DNA from: Nitrospirales bacterium
Lineage (GTDB): Bacteria > Nitrospirota > Nitrospiria > Nitrospirales > UBA8639
Assembly: GCA_963555755.3 (NCBI GenBank)
Contig: OY820905.2
Span: forward strand, 640,001-704,000
Reading direction: 5' to 3'
DNA length: 64,000 nucleotides
Positions within the stretch are counted from its first letter, which is position 1. Every line of letters begins with the position of its first letter. Both the position numbers and the translations under genes were made by a program. The notes under the pieces are model-generated. The model made no database searches and was not told where the DNA came from. It saw only the letters and a program-made list of their open reading frames with translations. Positions 21,825 through 33,032 of this stretch are shown here, piece after piece.

Positions 21825-22583
21825 ATGAAATGTCATGAAGTTAATTACCACATTATTGGACACGAAATGCAGGTAGTCGAAGTAGAGTTGGATCCAGGGG
21901 AAACAGTCATCGCTGAAGCCGGAGCCATGAATTATTTCGAAGAAGGCATTAGTTTCGAGGCGAAAATGGGGGATGGCTCAACACCTGACGAAGGCATCAT
22001 GGGAAAATTATTTGGTGCGGGGAAACGCATGCTGATCGGAGAGTCGATGTTTCTCACGCACTTTACCAATCGAGGAACTGGAAAAAAATGTGTGGCCTTT
22101 TCTGCGCCCTATCCCGGTTCCATCATCCCGCTCAACATGTCCGAATTTGATAACGAAATTATCTGCCAAAAAGACGCCTTCCTCGCAGCGGCCTTAGGCA
22201 CGAGTATCCACATTACCTTTCAACGGCAACTCGGCACAGGGTTTTTTGGTGGAGAAGGATTTATCTTAGAAAAACTTGTCGGTGATGGCATGGTCTTTAT
22301 TCATGCCGGCGGAACCGTGGTCAGAAAAGATCTTCAAGGTGAAACGTTAAGATTAGACACTGGCTGCCTGGTCGCTTTTACGCCAGGAATCGAATATTCC
22401 ATTGAATCGGTTGGAAGCTTAAAATCGATGTTCTTTGGAGGGGAAGGGTTTTTTCTTGCTACGCTTCGAGGAACTGGTACGGTATGGATTCAAACCTTGC
22501 CTTTTTCGCGTTTAGCCGAACGCATCGTTCAAAGCGCTCCAAGCCTCGGAGGCAGTCGCAAAGGCGAAGGCTCGATCTTTTAG
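21825..22583 (+). CDS. TIGR00266/AIM24 family protein
   Basis: AEAGAM, GESMF, CQKDAFL, FFGGEGF twice, QTLPFSRLA. Confidence 0.92.
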   Translation: MKCHEVNYHIIGHEMQVVEVELDPGETVIAEAGAMNYFEEGISFEAKMGDGSTPDEGIMGKLFGAGKRMLIGESMFLTHFTNRGTGKKCVAFSAPYPGSIIPLNMSEFDNEIICQKDAFLAAALGTSIHITFQRQLGTGFFGGEGFILEKLVGDGMVFIHAGGTVVRKDLQGETLRLDTGCLVAFTPGIEYSIESVGSLKSMFFGGEGFFLATLRGTGTVWIQTLPFSRLAERIVQSAPSLGGSRKGEGSIF

Positions 22584-23231
22584 GTTTTCTTGGCCACATG
22601 AGAGACAGGGATGAATCTTTTCGCTCATTGCCTTTCAAAACCAAATAATTTCTTCACACGTTTATTTTTGACGGTTTTTGCATTTCTCCCACAATTCTCC
22701 CCTGTTGTGAATTGGCGGCACACAGTGCAACCCTCAAGCTGACTACCCCCGTAGCGCTCGTTGCACTCGCCCTTAAACAAAGTAATAGTGGTTGGATCCC
22801 AAATGTCCGCGCAATCTCTTGGCGCACATTTTTTTTGCGTCTACCTGCCATTTCCAAATAATGTAACAAACCCTCATCGCAACCGGTTAAAAAAAGATGC
22901 TGAGGCCCTTCCAAAAAAAATGGCCGGAAAATCGAAACCTCAGAAGACTATCCACAGCCAAACCGACAAGTATTAATGCAAATGTCGGTATTTCACTGAC
23001 ATGCAGTCATTAACATTCTGTTCAGCTCAATCCAGACTCGCTGGTTGCATCTGTAGCAATCCCGGAGAAAGAATAAATTCTGTTGGATACCATACAAAAG
23101 AATCAAGCGGAAGATTCTAGTAAGAACATAGGGCAGGCTGTCCCATCGTCCGAAAAAACTGAAGACGAAAACCAGCCAAGCCCCGACTTACCATTCTTCG
23201 AGGTATCCCGATTAAAACGGAGGTCGAATCA

Positions 23232-23525
23232 ATGAATCGGACGTTACGAGACTGCACGTGCATCAATATCGATTCTCAGGGAGCCCTCCTGGATTTGGGG
23301 GAAGCCACATGCCCGGAGCTTCCAGTGGAAAGCAAGCTGTTTGTTATTCTCCAACTTGCCGGTGAAACCGTGAAACTCCCAGGGATCGTCCGACACCGAA
23401 AAGGAAACGTGTTGGGGATTTTCTTTCCCATCGAAGGCGATCCCAATTTCGAAGAAGAAAGAAAAGTGTTTTCCATTATCCTCCAAACCCTCGAACGAGG
23501 AATCGAACGAAGAACAAAGCGCTAA
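23232..23525 (+). CDS. PilZ-like domain protein, possibly 5'-truncated
   Basis: CINIDSQGALL...GIVRH...LGIFF. Confidence 0.6.
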   Translation: MNRTLRDCTCINIDSQGALLDLGEATCPELPVESKLFVILQLAGETVKLPGIVRHRKGNVLGIFFPIEGDPNFEEERKVFSIILQTLERGIERRTKR

Positions 23526-23741
23526 CCCTATTCCCCTCACCCTCTTTTTCCGTTTTTCATTTTTCTCGATACTCTTCTCCTCGCTGACAAGCACTTTTTT
23601 TCCTTCTCCTTTTTATTTCCATCTGCTCCAATAGTTCCATCACGCCTTTCCGTTGCCTGAACATTTCTGTTAGGATTTTTCTGCAATAGGAATTTAGCTT
23701 GCGGTTTGAAGAAGCCGATTCAAATTGAAAGGAGAGATCTC

Positions 23742-24539
23742 ATGCGCCCATCTGCCACAATGTTCACAGCGGCTTTCCTTTTCGCTTCCCTTTTTACCGG
23801 TCAGGCGGGCCACGCCTTTCCCATCAGTTCCTATGCCTGGACCGATGCACAGTGGGAAAAACGGTGCGCCAACGTTCGCACTTCCTATAACCCGAACGCA
23901 CCTCTTCATAGCACGCAACTCACCATTTCGCACAAGGACCCACGATTCATCGACTTTCTCCATTGGGTGTGGGCCAATAAAATTATCGAGCATCAAGTCG
24001 AACAGGTCGGGGGCACTGAATGGGATGGTCCAACGAACGGCGTCATCTTTCACTGGGCGCCTGGGTCACGATGGGAAATGCATACGGTGGCGCCTTTTAA
24101 ACACGCCATTCACCACCTCACTGAAGAACATAATTGGGTCGATACGATGTTTAGCGATTTCTTTGATCAATTCAGCAAAAGTACAGGCGTGAGCATTGCC
24201 GAAAGACTTTCCGCAGACAAAGCCCCGACCTGGGCCATGTTTCTCAAGCATATTGGCGGTCCGGAAAGCCCGTACTATCGATACGTGTTTCATCAGGAAA
24301 GTTACATCGATACTGTCAACCAAAAAATCATCATGGTCGGTGGCCAAGGTGTCGAGTTTCACTATTCCTACGATCGGTATATGCACGAAGTGAAAGAAGT
24401 CCTCACCGATTGCAAAGCCTTTCAATTCTTTCAGCTCTACGATCAATATGGCCAAGGCTTTGCTTCAAACCTCGGCTGGGCCGGCCAACCCCTCCCCAAA
24501 CGCCAGCAACACAGTCAGACAGAAAGCCCGACTCCCTAA
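23742..24539 (+). CDS. Secreted hypothetical protein
   Basis: RBS AAGGAG, signal peptide ending AGHA, long clean ORF. Confidence 0.75.
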   Translation: MRPSATMFTAAFLFASLFTGQAGHAFPISSYAWTDAQWEKRCANVRTSYNPNAPLHSTQLTISHKDPRFIDFLHWVWANKIIEHQVEQVGGTEWDGPTNGVIFHWAPGSRWEMHTVAPFKHAIHHLTEEHNWVDTMFSDFFDQFSKSTGVSIAERLSADKAPTWAMFLKHIGGPESPYYRYVFHQESYIDTVNQKIIMVGGQGVEFHYSYDRYMHEVKEVLTDCKAFQFFQLYDQYGQGFASNLGWAGQPLPKRQQHSQTESPTP

Positions 24540-24957
24540 TCCAAGCTCTGACGCTGATAAAGGCACACCCTTCCCCATACCGCATGCCCTCAAAAATATT
24601 TGATGCTATGCTATAGGGGCAATTCATTCCACAATCGTTGAGAATCCTGCCACTCTTTTTTCCTATCTCTTTCTTGGGTCTATCAACACAGATCAACGGC
24701 AATAAACAAAGACAATAAACGTCGGAAAATTTTACAATTTTGAAATACAGTGAAAAGTGACTCCAATCATTTGATTCCAAAGGGAAAATCATACCTATTT
24801 TTTTCTACACCTTCTTAATTGGTAGTGACACTGTAAGAATATTTGACGATTCTTAATGAAGAACAACATTACTCGAAAGAGGAATATTTTTTATCACCTG
24901 ATGAAATTCGCCAAATATTCTAACAAGTTATAAAAAGCAATTGACCTGTAAAAATTT

Positions 24958-24973
24958 TGGCACATAGATTGCT
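24958..24973 (+). promoter_or_regulatory. Sigma54 -24/-12 promoter
   Basis: TGGCAC-ATAGA-TTGCT, about 60 nt upstream of the PEP-CTERM gene. Confidence 0.8.
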
Positions 24974-25031
24974 TCAAATATACCAAGACAGTCCACCTTA
25001 ATTTTCACTTTGATTGAAAGGAGACCAATTA

Positions 25032-25751
25032 ATGTTACGAACATTTCAACGGCACAAGCGAAGACCTCTCATCGGTTTGCTAATCGCTGTAGGGTTGACG
25101 TTAGGCCAAGCCATACCTGCCCAGGCATTAAATTTTGGATTTGAAATTTTCAATGTAAACGGCAATGTAAATGGATCTGTTACCGGGAGAATCCTGGGGT
25201 TGAATGATAATATGGTTAATCAGGCTGCATCCAGCGTCATCATTGATACTCTTCCAGAAGTATTTTCCCCAGTAGGGTCTATCCCAAACCCAGGAGGTTT
25301 TGGTAGCAATGTTCTCCCGTGGACTGAATTCACTGCAAACAATTTCTCCGTAGCTAACGGGGACATCACATCGTATGATGTCCGTCGTTCCACCGGCGTT
25401 GGGGGACAATTGTTTTTCCTCTCGGATACCCAGTTTGGTGGAGAAGCATTTTTAGGTGAAGATGTTAATGGAGACGGATTTTCAAATGACTTGCTGACAG
25501 GATCCCTGGACTTAGGAAGTCCGCAAAACGTTGTTTTCACACCTCTGAGTCAACCTAACAAAATATTCTTAGTTAAGATGCATTTGAGTCAAAGGAATGT
25601 GGGAACAGTCGACACAATGTTTAAAGCCCCAGAACTTTTCTTTGACATCATCTTGGCTCCCCCCCATCCCGTCCCAGAACCCAGCACCATGATTCTCTTG
25701 GTCAGCGGCTTGGCCGGAATCGTTGGCTGGCGTGCGAAAAAACGCAGCTAA
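25032..25751 (+). CDS. PEP-CTERM sorting-domain protein
   Basis: Signal peptide and C-terminal VPEPSTMILLVSGLAGIVGWRAKKRS. Confidence 0.92.
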   Translation: MLRTFQRHKRRPLIGLLIAVGLTLGQAIPAQALNFGFEIFNVNGNVNGSVTGRILGLNDNMVNQAASSVIIDTLPEVFSPVGSIPNPGGFGSNVLPWTEFTANNFSVANGDITSYDVRRSTGVGGQLFFLSDTQFGGEAFLGEDVNGDGFSNDLLTGSLDLGSPQNVVFTPLSQPNKIFLVKMHLSQRNVGTVDTMFKAPELFFDIILAPPHPVPEPSTMILLVSGLAGIVGWRAKKRS

Positions 25752-25782
25752 GATTGTACTCTCGATAAACCTAACGTTGATT

Positions 25783-25822
25783 CAACCGCTCTACATCTTA
25801 CCGTGTAGGGCGGTTTTGTTTT
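25783..25822 (+). terminator. Rho-independent terminator
   Basis: AACCGCTCTAC...GTAGGGCGGTTTTGTTTT. Confidence 0.7.
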
Positions 25823-26279
25823 ACTACTCTTTCACACGCCTTGGGCGCGGAGGCGGAGGGACCCCCATGGCAATGGCATTCGCTTAAGCGTAAAATCGCC
25901 TAAAAGTCGATACTTTTAACTTTTTCTATTTTTATAACATGTTGTTTTATTAGGATAAAATTTTTTTACTTTTTATAATTTTTTGTGATTTCGCCTTAAC
26001 CGAATGCCATTGACCCCCATGGGGCCGCGCACGGGCAAACATGGTTTTGAGTCCTTTGGCCGAAACAAAAGCCTGTCCTGAGCTTGCCGAAGGAGCCTCG
26101 TCGCGCGGGGACGAAACCCTGCATAAAAATAATTCTGACAATAAAATTACCAGTCCAGAACTACAGATTTCTCCCTTCCTCCTTCGCAGGAGCTTCGGAG
26201 GACAAGCCGGTTGAAATGACACCCTAAATATCCACCTACCTTGCTTGCTCCAACCTCTCGTTCATGAGACACTTTTAAA

Positions 26280-27230
26280 ATGGAGTCGTCTCCCTTGTCC
26301 AATCAGGCCCTCACCCATCGGTTGTATTGGGGCCTCGCCATCAATGCCGTGATTATTGTCGCGGAATTCACCGGTGGCTACTTGATCAACAGCATTGGGT
26401 TGATGAGCGACGCCGGACATAACCTCATTGACCAAGGGGCTCTTTTTCTCGCCCTGTACGCTCATGTGCTCGCGGCTAAGCCTGCGACTGAAGAACGTAC
26501 CTTTGGGTATCACCGAGCAGGGATCCTCGCGGCCTTTGTCAACGGGTTTGTGTTGCTGCTGACAGCAGCCTTCCTTGGGTACTTGGCCCTGAGTCGATTT
26601 TTTACCCCAGTCGATGTTCCCGGAGGCTGGATCATCACCATTGCCAGCGTAACCTTCATTGCGAACCTGGCTGTGGCATTGTTGCTTCAAGCAGGAGCAA
26701 AAGACGATATAAATATTCGTGGCGCCTTTTTGCATATGCTGGCGGATGCGTGGGTATCACTGGGGGTGGTGTTGTGCGGAGTAGGCATTTTGTTGGGAGG
26801 ATGGACTTGGCTGGATCCGCTGATCAGTCTCCTCATTATCGGAGTGATCGTGAAAGGTGCGTGGCCGATTTTTCGTGAGTCGCTTGAGGTTCTGTTGGAA
26901 TCAACCCCGCCCGGAATAAAAACCACGCATGTGGTTGAAGCCATTGAGCAGATTCAAGGAGTAGACAATGTTCATGACCTGCATATTTGGGCGGTGGAAC
27001 CACGTCTCGTGATGCTCACATGCCATGTCATGGTGAACCGAGACAGCACACACCTTAAAGATGAAATGCTCTCGACGATTCGGGCACAGGTCGCATCGGA
27101 ATTTGGTATTCACCATTTGACCATTCAACTGGAAACCGAATGTGCCCAGGACAACAGCCAGCATTGCGATCTGAATCAACTGCCCCCCCGTTCGGCTTCC
27201 CCGGATTCAGACCACGCGCATTTGCACTAA
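26280..27230 (+). CDS. Cation diffusion facilitator (CzcD/ZitB-like)
   Basis: SDAGHNLID, TFGYHR, LHMLAD, VHDLHIW, HLTIQLE. Confidence 0.93.
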   Translation: MESSPLSNQALTHRLYWGLAINAVIIVAEFTGGYLINSIGLMSDAGHNLIDQGALFLALYAHVLAAKPATEERTFGYHRAGILAAFVNGFVLLLTAAFLGYLALSRFFTPVDVPGGWIITIASVTFIANLAVALLLQAGAKDDINIRGAFLHMLADAWVSLGVVLCGVGILLGGWTWLDPLISLLIIGVIVKGAWPIFRESLEVLLESTPPGIKTTHVVEAIEQIQGVDNVHDLHIWAVEPRLVMLTCHVMVNRDSTHLKDEMLSTIRAQVASEFGIHHLTIQLETECAQDNSQHCDLNQLPPRSASPDSDHAHLH

Positions 27231-27454
27231 CATAAAACAACTCCGAAACTCGAATATCGAAATCCGAACTAATTTCCAATGACCAAACCTCCAATAAGGA
27301 AAACGCTAGGAGTCAGCCGATAAAACTTGGGGTTTCGTTTGAAACATTCGAATTTGGTATTTCGAATTTGTTTCGGATTTTGATATTCGCATTTCGAGTT
27401 TTAAAAAAAATAAAAAGCCATAAGTCCGCAGAAATATTTACCCACAGGACCTTT

Positions 27455-28000
27455 TCACACCACCTGAGTTCCTTTTTGAAACCATTTTGATCGAATCACG
27501 GCGTAGCCTAGAGTCATCCCCACCATGCCACCCAGCCCCCACCCGGCTAAGACATCTGTTGGGTAATGCGCTCCAAGATAGATTCTGGACAATCCCACAA
27601 CCATCATCATCGTACCGACGACCCATCTGCATGATGGAAACACCACCCACAAAAACGCGGCAGCCGTTGCCGAGTTCATGGCATGATTTGAAGGCATGCT
27701 AAACGACCCACCACAACCCACGAGCTCCTGCATATGTAAAAACACCTGACAGGGTCGTGGCCGCGCAAAATAATTCTTTAGCTGCAGCCCAATAAAATCA
27801 CTCATACCAATGGCCATCCCCAATACCGGTGCTGCCACTATCCCTTGTTTCCAATTTAACCAGGTTCGATATCCCAAAAACGCCAACGCCAGGATCACAA
27901 AGTTGCCCGCATTGGAACACTCCAAGATAACCCAATCCAGCGCATCGGATTGACCGGCCCAACCATTGATTTCAAAAAACAACCTACTATCCCAGTTCAC
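27455..28000 (-). CDS. PAP2 family phosphatase
   Basis: K...RPRP, PSNHA, SRIYLGAHYPTDV. Confidence 0.92.
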   Translation of the reverse strand: MNWDSRLFFEINGWAGQSDALDWVILECSNAGNFVILALAFLGYRTWLNWKQGIVAAPVLGMAIGMSDFIGLQLKNYFARPRPCQVFLHMQELVGCGGSFSMPSNHAMNSATAAAFLWVVFPSCRWVVGTMMMVVGLSRIYLGAHYPTDVLAGWGLGGMVGMTLGYAVIRSKWFQKGTQVV

Positions 28001-28021
28001 GACTGTGAGTCTCCTTACTTA

Positions 28022-28200
28022 GGGCCTATGAAACAATAACTTGACAAAATCGCATCCCATCTTCGGGCCATCTTTGAACGCGCCTCAATCGAAAAAACCT
28101 CAACATAGGCATGCTATGCCTCGATTTTTTCTCAATCGTTACGTCCAATTCCGACCCAAATCTGGGCGCGATTTTGTCCAAGTTGTTGTTTCACAGGCCC
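28022..28200. repeat. MITE family C (other copies 31409-31587 and 31679-31858)
   Basis: TIR GGGCCT(A/G)TGAAACAA...TTGTTTCACAGGCCC flanked by TTA. Confidence 0.8.
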
Positions 28201-28394
28201 TTACTTCTTTCAATATGGACGATATGTTAAGATTAGATTCTATTATTGATGAAAGGGGCTGTTGAAAAAGGCCCGTCCAGCAAGGCCGCAGGCGCTTTGG
28301 CGCGCGGAGCGTACTCATAGTACGTGAGCACGGCAAAGCGCCGAGAACGCCGCTGGCGGCCTTTTTCCACAGCCCCTCAAAGGACCATTTTTCT

Positions 28395-29174
28395 ATGCTG
28401 ATTGATAGCCATGTGCATTTAGATGACCCGCGCTATGACCAAGACCGTGACCAGGTCTTTCAACGGGCGCACGAAGCTGGCATCGAAGCGTTTGTCACCA
28501 TCGGATGCGATCTCTCGACCAGCCAATCGGCTGCCAACCTCGCTGAAGCGCACGACAATGTGTTTGCCACGATTGGCGTTCACCCCCATGAAAGCAAAGA
28601 AATCGTCAATGGTTGGTACGACGAATTTCGAAAACTGGCTCAGCAACCCAAGATTGTGGCCTATGGAGAAATTGGCCTCGATTATCATTATGATCATTCC
28701 CCGCGAGATGTCCAACGTCAGCGATTTCGAGAGCAGGTTCAGTTAGCCAAGGAGCTTCATCTCCCCATTGTCATCCATACTCGCGAGGCCCAGGAAGACA
28801 CCATCACGATCTTGAAAGAAGAAGGCGCTGCTGATGTGGGTGGGGTGTTCCACTGTTTCTCTGGTGATGCTTGGTTGGCGAAAGATGCGTTGGACCTTGG
28901 ATTTTATCTCAGCTTCTCGGGGGTCATTACCTTTAAGAATGCTTCGATGCTGCGCGAAATCATCCAAACTGTTCCCTTAGATCGCATCATGGTAGAAACT
29001 GATTGTCCATACCTCACCCCGGTGCCGAAACGCGGGAAACGCAATGAACCGGCATTTGTTCGCCATGTAGCCGAGACCCTTGCCGACCTCGTAGGAAATG
29101 GCACGCCTTCTGCTTTTGAAGACATTGCTCGCATTACGGTGGAGAATACCAAGCAGTTATTTAAAATCCCCTGA
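28395..29174 (+). CDS. tatD: TatD family hydrolase
   Basis: DSHVH, GVHPH, GEIGLDY, IHTRE, HCFSG, ETDCPYL. Confidence 0.95.
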   Translation: MLIDSHVHLDDPRYDQDRDQVFQRAHEAGIEAFVTIGCDLSTSQSAANLAEAHDNVFATIGVHPHESKEIVNGWYDEFRKLAQQPKIVAYGEIGLDYHYDHSPRDVQRQRFREQVQLAKELHLPIVIHTREAQEDTITILKEEGAADVGGVFHCFSGDAWLAKDALDLGFYLSFSGVITFKNASMLREIIQTVPLDRIMVETDCPYLTPVPKRGKRNEPAFVRHVAETLADLVGNGTPSAFEDIARITVENTKQLFKIP

Positions 29175-29715
29175 GCTGCCGGTTCCGGTTGCGCTGCGCT
29201 TTGGGAAGTTTGCGAGGATTGCCTTTTTTGTCCGGTCGTTTGAGTGAAGGCTCATCATCCATTTTTCCATAAGCCGTAGAAGCCGAATTCTTCGCCACAC
29301 GCCTACCGGGCTTTCCAACGTTCCCAACAGATTGCAGCTTTCTTTGAAACTCCTGCGCGCTGATAATGAAGGCGCCATGATCTTTCGCCGTAGCCACGAT
29401 CTCTAAATCCGAGGATACCACCACACAATCTCGTCCAAACTGCCTGGCCATCCGCTGGATGACTTGATCCGCACGCTCCCCAGCTTGCGTATAGATGACT
29501 TGAACACCTGATCGATGTTCCCGATGCTCCACATTGCGCTCCCGCCAGGCATCAAACACCACCGTGACAGGATGCCCCTTGCGATGTCGGTAACGAGACA
29601 ACTCTTGAATGAGCCGCTCCCGAACCTGTTCCCCATCTTGAGAGGACGACGCCATCCCCGTCCACCCTCGAACACCAAGGACATTATACCCATCAATAAT
29701 GACATGCATGCCCAT
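29161..29715 (-). CDS. NYN-domain (YacP-like) protein
   Basis: IIDGYN, VVFD, ADQVI, VVSSD. Confidence 0.88.
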   Translation of the reverse strand: MGMHVIIDGYNVLGVRGWTGMASSSQDGEQVRERLIQELSRYRHRKGHPVTVVFDAWRERNVEHREHRSGVQVIYTQAGERADQVIQRMARQFGRDCVVVSSDLEIVATAKDHGAFIISAQEFQRKLQSVGNVGKPGRRVAKNSASTAYGKMDDEPSLKRPDKKGNPRKLPKAQRNRNRQLRGF

Positions 29716-29834
29716 ATCGAGAACCACGCTAACGCACACCTTGCTCACTGTCAAACCTGACGACCAACCACATTTCCATCTTGACAATAGCTCGATCTTC
29801 TGAGAAAACAAGAGAAACAGCTGTTCACAAAATA

Positions 29835-31289
29835 ATGATCCTTCGTAGACTCATTCCCCTCACAACTCTACTTGTTTTCCTCAGTGTTCTCCCAGTTGGT
29901 CAAATTTCTCTTTTTGCCCAAACACAGAGTTCTGAGTCAAGACCGTTTGGACTGTCCCCAGTTGTTATCGCTAAAAAGGCCAAACAGACCTCCCGTGTTT
30001 CGTCCCCACTTCGGGTCAAAAATGTTCGCTATCACACACACAAAAAATATACTCGAGTGGTGTTGGATCTTCCTGCCCGAACTACCCTCAGAGAATTAAA
30101 GAATACAAAAAGAAATCGGGTGACCATTGAGCTTGCCAAATCACGACTGAGCAAACGCGCGTTGCGAAAAATCCAAAGTAGAGAATTTCCCAAATCCATT
30201 ACCATCAAAGAGGGAGCAGGTCAGACGGTCTCGATCACCCTCGACTTCACCGCCTTACGAAAGTACGAATTACTAACCCTCCGACACCCGAATCGCGTCG
30301 TGGTCGATTTATTTTATTCCAAAAAGAAACAGGTCGCGGTCTCAAAGCGAACACCGGCCAAAACGAAGAAATCAGCCAAGGTATCAGGACCACCACCTAA
30401 AAAAAAGGCGAAAAAGGTCGTTAAAAAACTCCAGCCTTCGACATCGACGAAATCAGCGAAAGCCGCGACTTCGCCGCCAAAGAAAAAAGCCATTGCCACA
30501 CCGGGCACGCCACCACCGAAAATAGCATCACCATCAAAAGGTAAGACTGCCGCAAACAAGAAGCTTACTCCACCACGCTCTCCTTTATTCACCGCAAAAC
30601 ATGTCAAAGATTTAGTTGTGGTCATCGACCCCGGTCATGGCGGCAAGGATCCAGGAGCCACGGGAAAGAAGGGAACCAAGGAGAAGCACATCACGTTAAA
30701 GATTGGGCAATACCTTAAAGACCTGATTCAAAAGCGACTTGGCTCGACAGTGTTCCTCACCAGAAACAAAGATACCTTTCTCGATTTGGAAAAACGGGTC
30801 GAGTTTGCCAATAAGAAAAAGGCCGACATCTTTATTTCGATCCATGTCAATTCCCATCCTCAAAAAAGAATCAAAGGGCTCGAAGTCTACCACTTCGGCA
30901 AAGCCAGTGATCCTCGTGCGTTGGTAGTGGCTGCGCGGGAAAATGGCATGAAATTGGAAGATAACGCCCCCCCTTGGCAATTCATCATCGCCGACAAAGT
31001 GAACGATCAGAAAATCGAGCAGTCGCAAACCTTTGCCTGGACCACGAATAAAACACTCGTGAAAACCTTAAAAGCCTCCTATACCGTAAAAGATCATGGG
31101 GTAAAGACCGCTCCCTTCTATGTCCTTCGATTTACAACCATGCCGAGCATTCTGGCTGAAGTCGCCTTTGTCTCCAATCCAGAAGAAGAAAAGCGGTTGC
31201 GAAGCAAAGCCTTTCAAAGGAAGCTTGCCGAAGGCATGTATAAAGGCATTCAATCGTATCTCAAGACCGCCTTCCCGACCATATCCTAA
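29835..31289 (+). CDS. amiC: N-acetylmuramoyl-L-alanine amidase with AMIN-like domain and Lys/Pro-rich linker
   Basis: VIDPGHGGKDPG, FISIHVN, APFYVL, ILAEVAF. Confidence 0.9.
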   Translation: MILRRLIPLTTLLVFLSVLPVGQISLFAQTQSSESRPFGLSPVVIAKKAKQTSRVSSPLRVKNVRYHTHKKYTRVVLDLPARTTLRELKNTKRNRVTIELAKSRLSKRALRKIQSREFPKSITIKEGAGQTVSITLDFTALRKYELLTLRHPNRVVVDLFYSKKKQVAVSKRTPAKTKKSAKVSGPPPKKKAKKVVKKLQPSTSTKSAKAATSPPKKKAIATPGTPPPKIASPSKGKTAANKKLTPPRSPLFTAKHVKDLVVVIDPGHGGKDPGATGKKGTKEKHITLKIGQYLKDLIQKRLGSTVFLTRNKDTFLDLEKRVEFANKKKADIFISIHVNSHPQKRIKGLEVYHFGKASDPRALVVAARENGMKLEDNAPPWQFIIADKVNDQKIEQSQTFAWTTNKTLVKTLKASYTVKDHGVKTAPFYVLRFTTMPSILAEVAFVSNPEEEKRLRSKAFQRKLAEGMYKGIQSYLKTAFPTIS

Positions 31290-31336
31290 TCCTGTACCCT
31301 ATTCAGGCTGTGTGATACGGCAAGCCTTGTCCCTTA

Positions 31337-31675
31337 GGGTTCGCGCAAGAATAACTCCCCATGTTTGGGCGTCGATCCATCCCGTCTGGCGGCGTTGCTC
31401 GTCCCTTAGGGCCTGTGAAACAATAACTTGGACATCTCGCATCCCATCTTCGGGCCATCTTTGAACGTACCTCAATCGAAAACACCTCAACATAGGCATG
31501 CTATGCCTCGGTGTTTTCTCAATCGGTACGTCCAAATCCGACCCAAATCTGGGCGCGATTTTGTCCAAGTTTTTGTTTCACAGGCCCTTCCATACTAGGA
31601 GTATGCGCAGTCCTCGCGCCTTGCCAGACAGGTGTCTCAGCACCCAAACATGGAGAGTTATTCTTGCGCGAACCC
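31337..31675. repeat. MITE family A with a nested family C copy (other A copies 34736-34893, 37478-37625, 39452-39608)
   Basis: TIR GGGTTC(G/C)CGCAAGAATAAC...GTTATTCTTGCGCGAACCC with TTA on both flanks. Confidence 0.85.
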
Positions 31676-31872
31676 TTAGAGCCTGTTAAACAATACCTGG
31701 GACAAAATCGCGCCTAGGTTTGGGTTAGATTTGGACGTAACGATTGAGAAAAAACCGAGGCATCGCACCGCTATGTTGAGGCTTTTTCGATTGAGGCACG
31801 TTCAAAGGTGGCCCGAAGATGGCATGGGATGTTGTCTCAGGTATTGTTTGACAAGCCCTTACATGCACGCTT

Positions 31873-32622
31873 ATGCCCACCTATAAACTCACCATAGAAT
31901 ATGACGGCACAGCGTATGCCGGCTGGCAACGCCAACCCGACCAACCTACGGTCCAACGTACGCTCGAAGAGGCCCTTTTTCAAATTTCACAAACCGGCAC
32001 GCCGACAATCGCGGCAGGTCGAACCGATGCGGGAGTACATGCCCTTGGGCAGGTTGTCAGTTTTCGTTCTGACAAACCACTCTCACCTGAGGAATGGACG
32101 CGTTCGCTAAATGGTGTTCTCCCCAAAGATGTCTGCGTTCACCAGACTGAGCAAGTGCCTGAGACCTTCCACGCACGGTATAACGCAAAACAAAAAACCT
32201 ACGAGTACCGAATCCTGAATCACCCGATACGTCCCGTTCTCAATCGCCTCCGCATGTGGCACATTCCCAAGCCATTGAACCTCACTTCCCTTCAAGCGGC
32301 AGCCCCTACTCTCAAAGGCCAATACGACTTTTCTTCGTTTGAAGGGTCGCCCACCGACAATGAGAATCCCATCTGCCATATGCATGCGTTGAGCATTCAC
32401 GAAGAACCACCCATCATTCGCATCACGTTCAAAGCTGATCGATTTCTCAAGCAAATGGTCCGCGCCATTGTGGGGACACTTGTAGAGGTGGCACAGGGAA
32501 CACGATCCCCCGAAGAAATGAAAGCCATTCTTGAGGCCCATGACCGACGTGCGGCCGGGAAAACTGCACCGCCTCATGGTTTGTATTTATTGAATGTGGA
32601 ATACGAGGGAGAAGAAGGGTAA
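31873..32622 (+). CDS. truA: tRNA pseudouridine(38-40) synthase
   Basis: YDGTAYAGWQ, AGRTDAGVHA, FHARY, FLKQMVR. Confidence 0.97.
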   Translation: MPTYKLTIEYDGTAYAGWQRQPDQPTVQRTLEEALFQISQTGTPTIAAGRTDAGVHALGQVVSFRSDKPLSPEEWTRSLNGVLPKDVCVHQTEQVPETFHARYNAKQKTYEYRILNHPIRPVLNRLRMWHIPKPLNLTSLQAAAPTLKGQYDFSSFEGSPTDNENPICHMHALSIHEEPPIIRITFKADRFLKQMVRAIVGTLVEVAQGTRSPEEMKAILEAHDRRAAGKTAPPHGLYLLNVEYEGEEG

Positions 32623-32630
32623 ATAGGAAG

Positions 32631-33032
32631 TTACAATTCGGTTGTATTGAAATTTCGACTGGGTGGCGGATCGACCACGATCACCCCGCGCATAAAGGGG
32701 TGAATGTTACAATGGTACGGATAGGTTCCTGGTTCTAAATCACGCACCACAAACTGTTCGTCCGGATGAAGATGACCCGAATGAAAGGCGCATCCTACCT
32801 GCTGACCACAGCCATCATGGGTGATGGTATGGGATTGCATCGATCGATTTTGCCACTGGACTGTTTGTCCTGATCGTACCCTCCAGGTGGGAGGAGAATA
32901 AAAGGGCTCTCGATCTAACACCAATATGTGTGAACGACCTGGAACTGCAAAGCCAGTGGGCACAACAAGAATCCCCAAAACCCCAGCAATACACAGCGCG
33001 AACGCCATCCTCTTCAGTGAATTCCCTATCAC
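32631..33032 (-). CDS. Plastocyanin-like cupredoxin
   Basis: HTIT...GTYPYHCNIHPFMRG. Confidence 0.88.
   Translation of the reverse strand: MIGNSLKRMAFALCIAGVLGILVVPTGFAVPGRSHILVLDREPFYSPPTWRVRSGQTVQWQNRSMQSHTITHDGCGQQVGCAFHSGHLHPDEQFVVRDLEPGTYPYHCNIHPFMRGVIVVDPPPSRNFNTTEL

Noticed and set aside
25950..26225. Small ORF and palindromes upstream of the CDF gene
   Set aside because: Looks like stacked REP-like repeats (e.g. CCTGAGCTTGCCGAAGG), not a gene.
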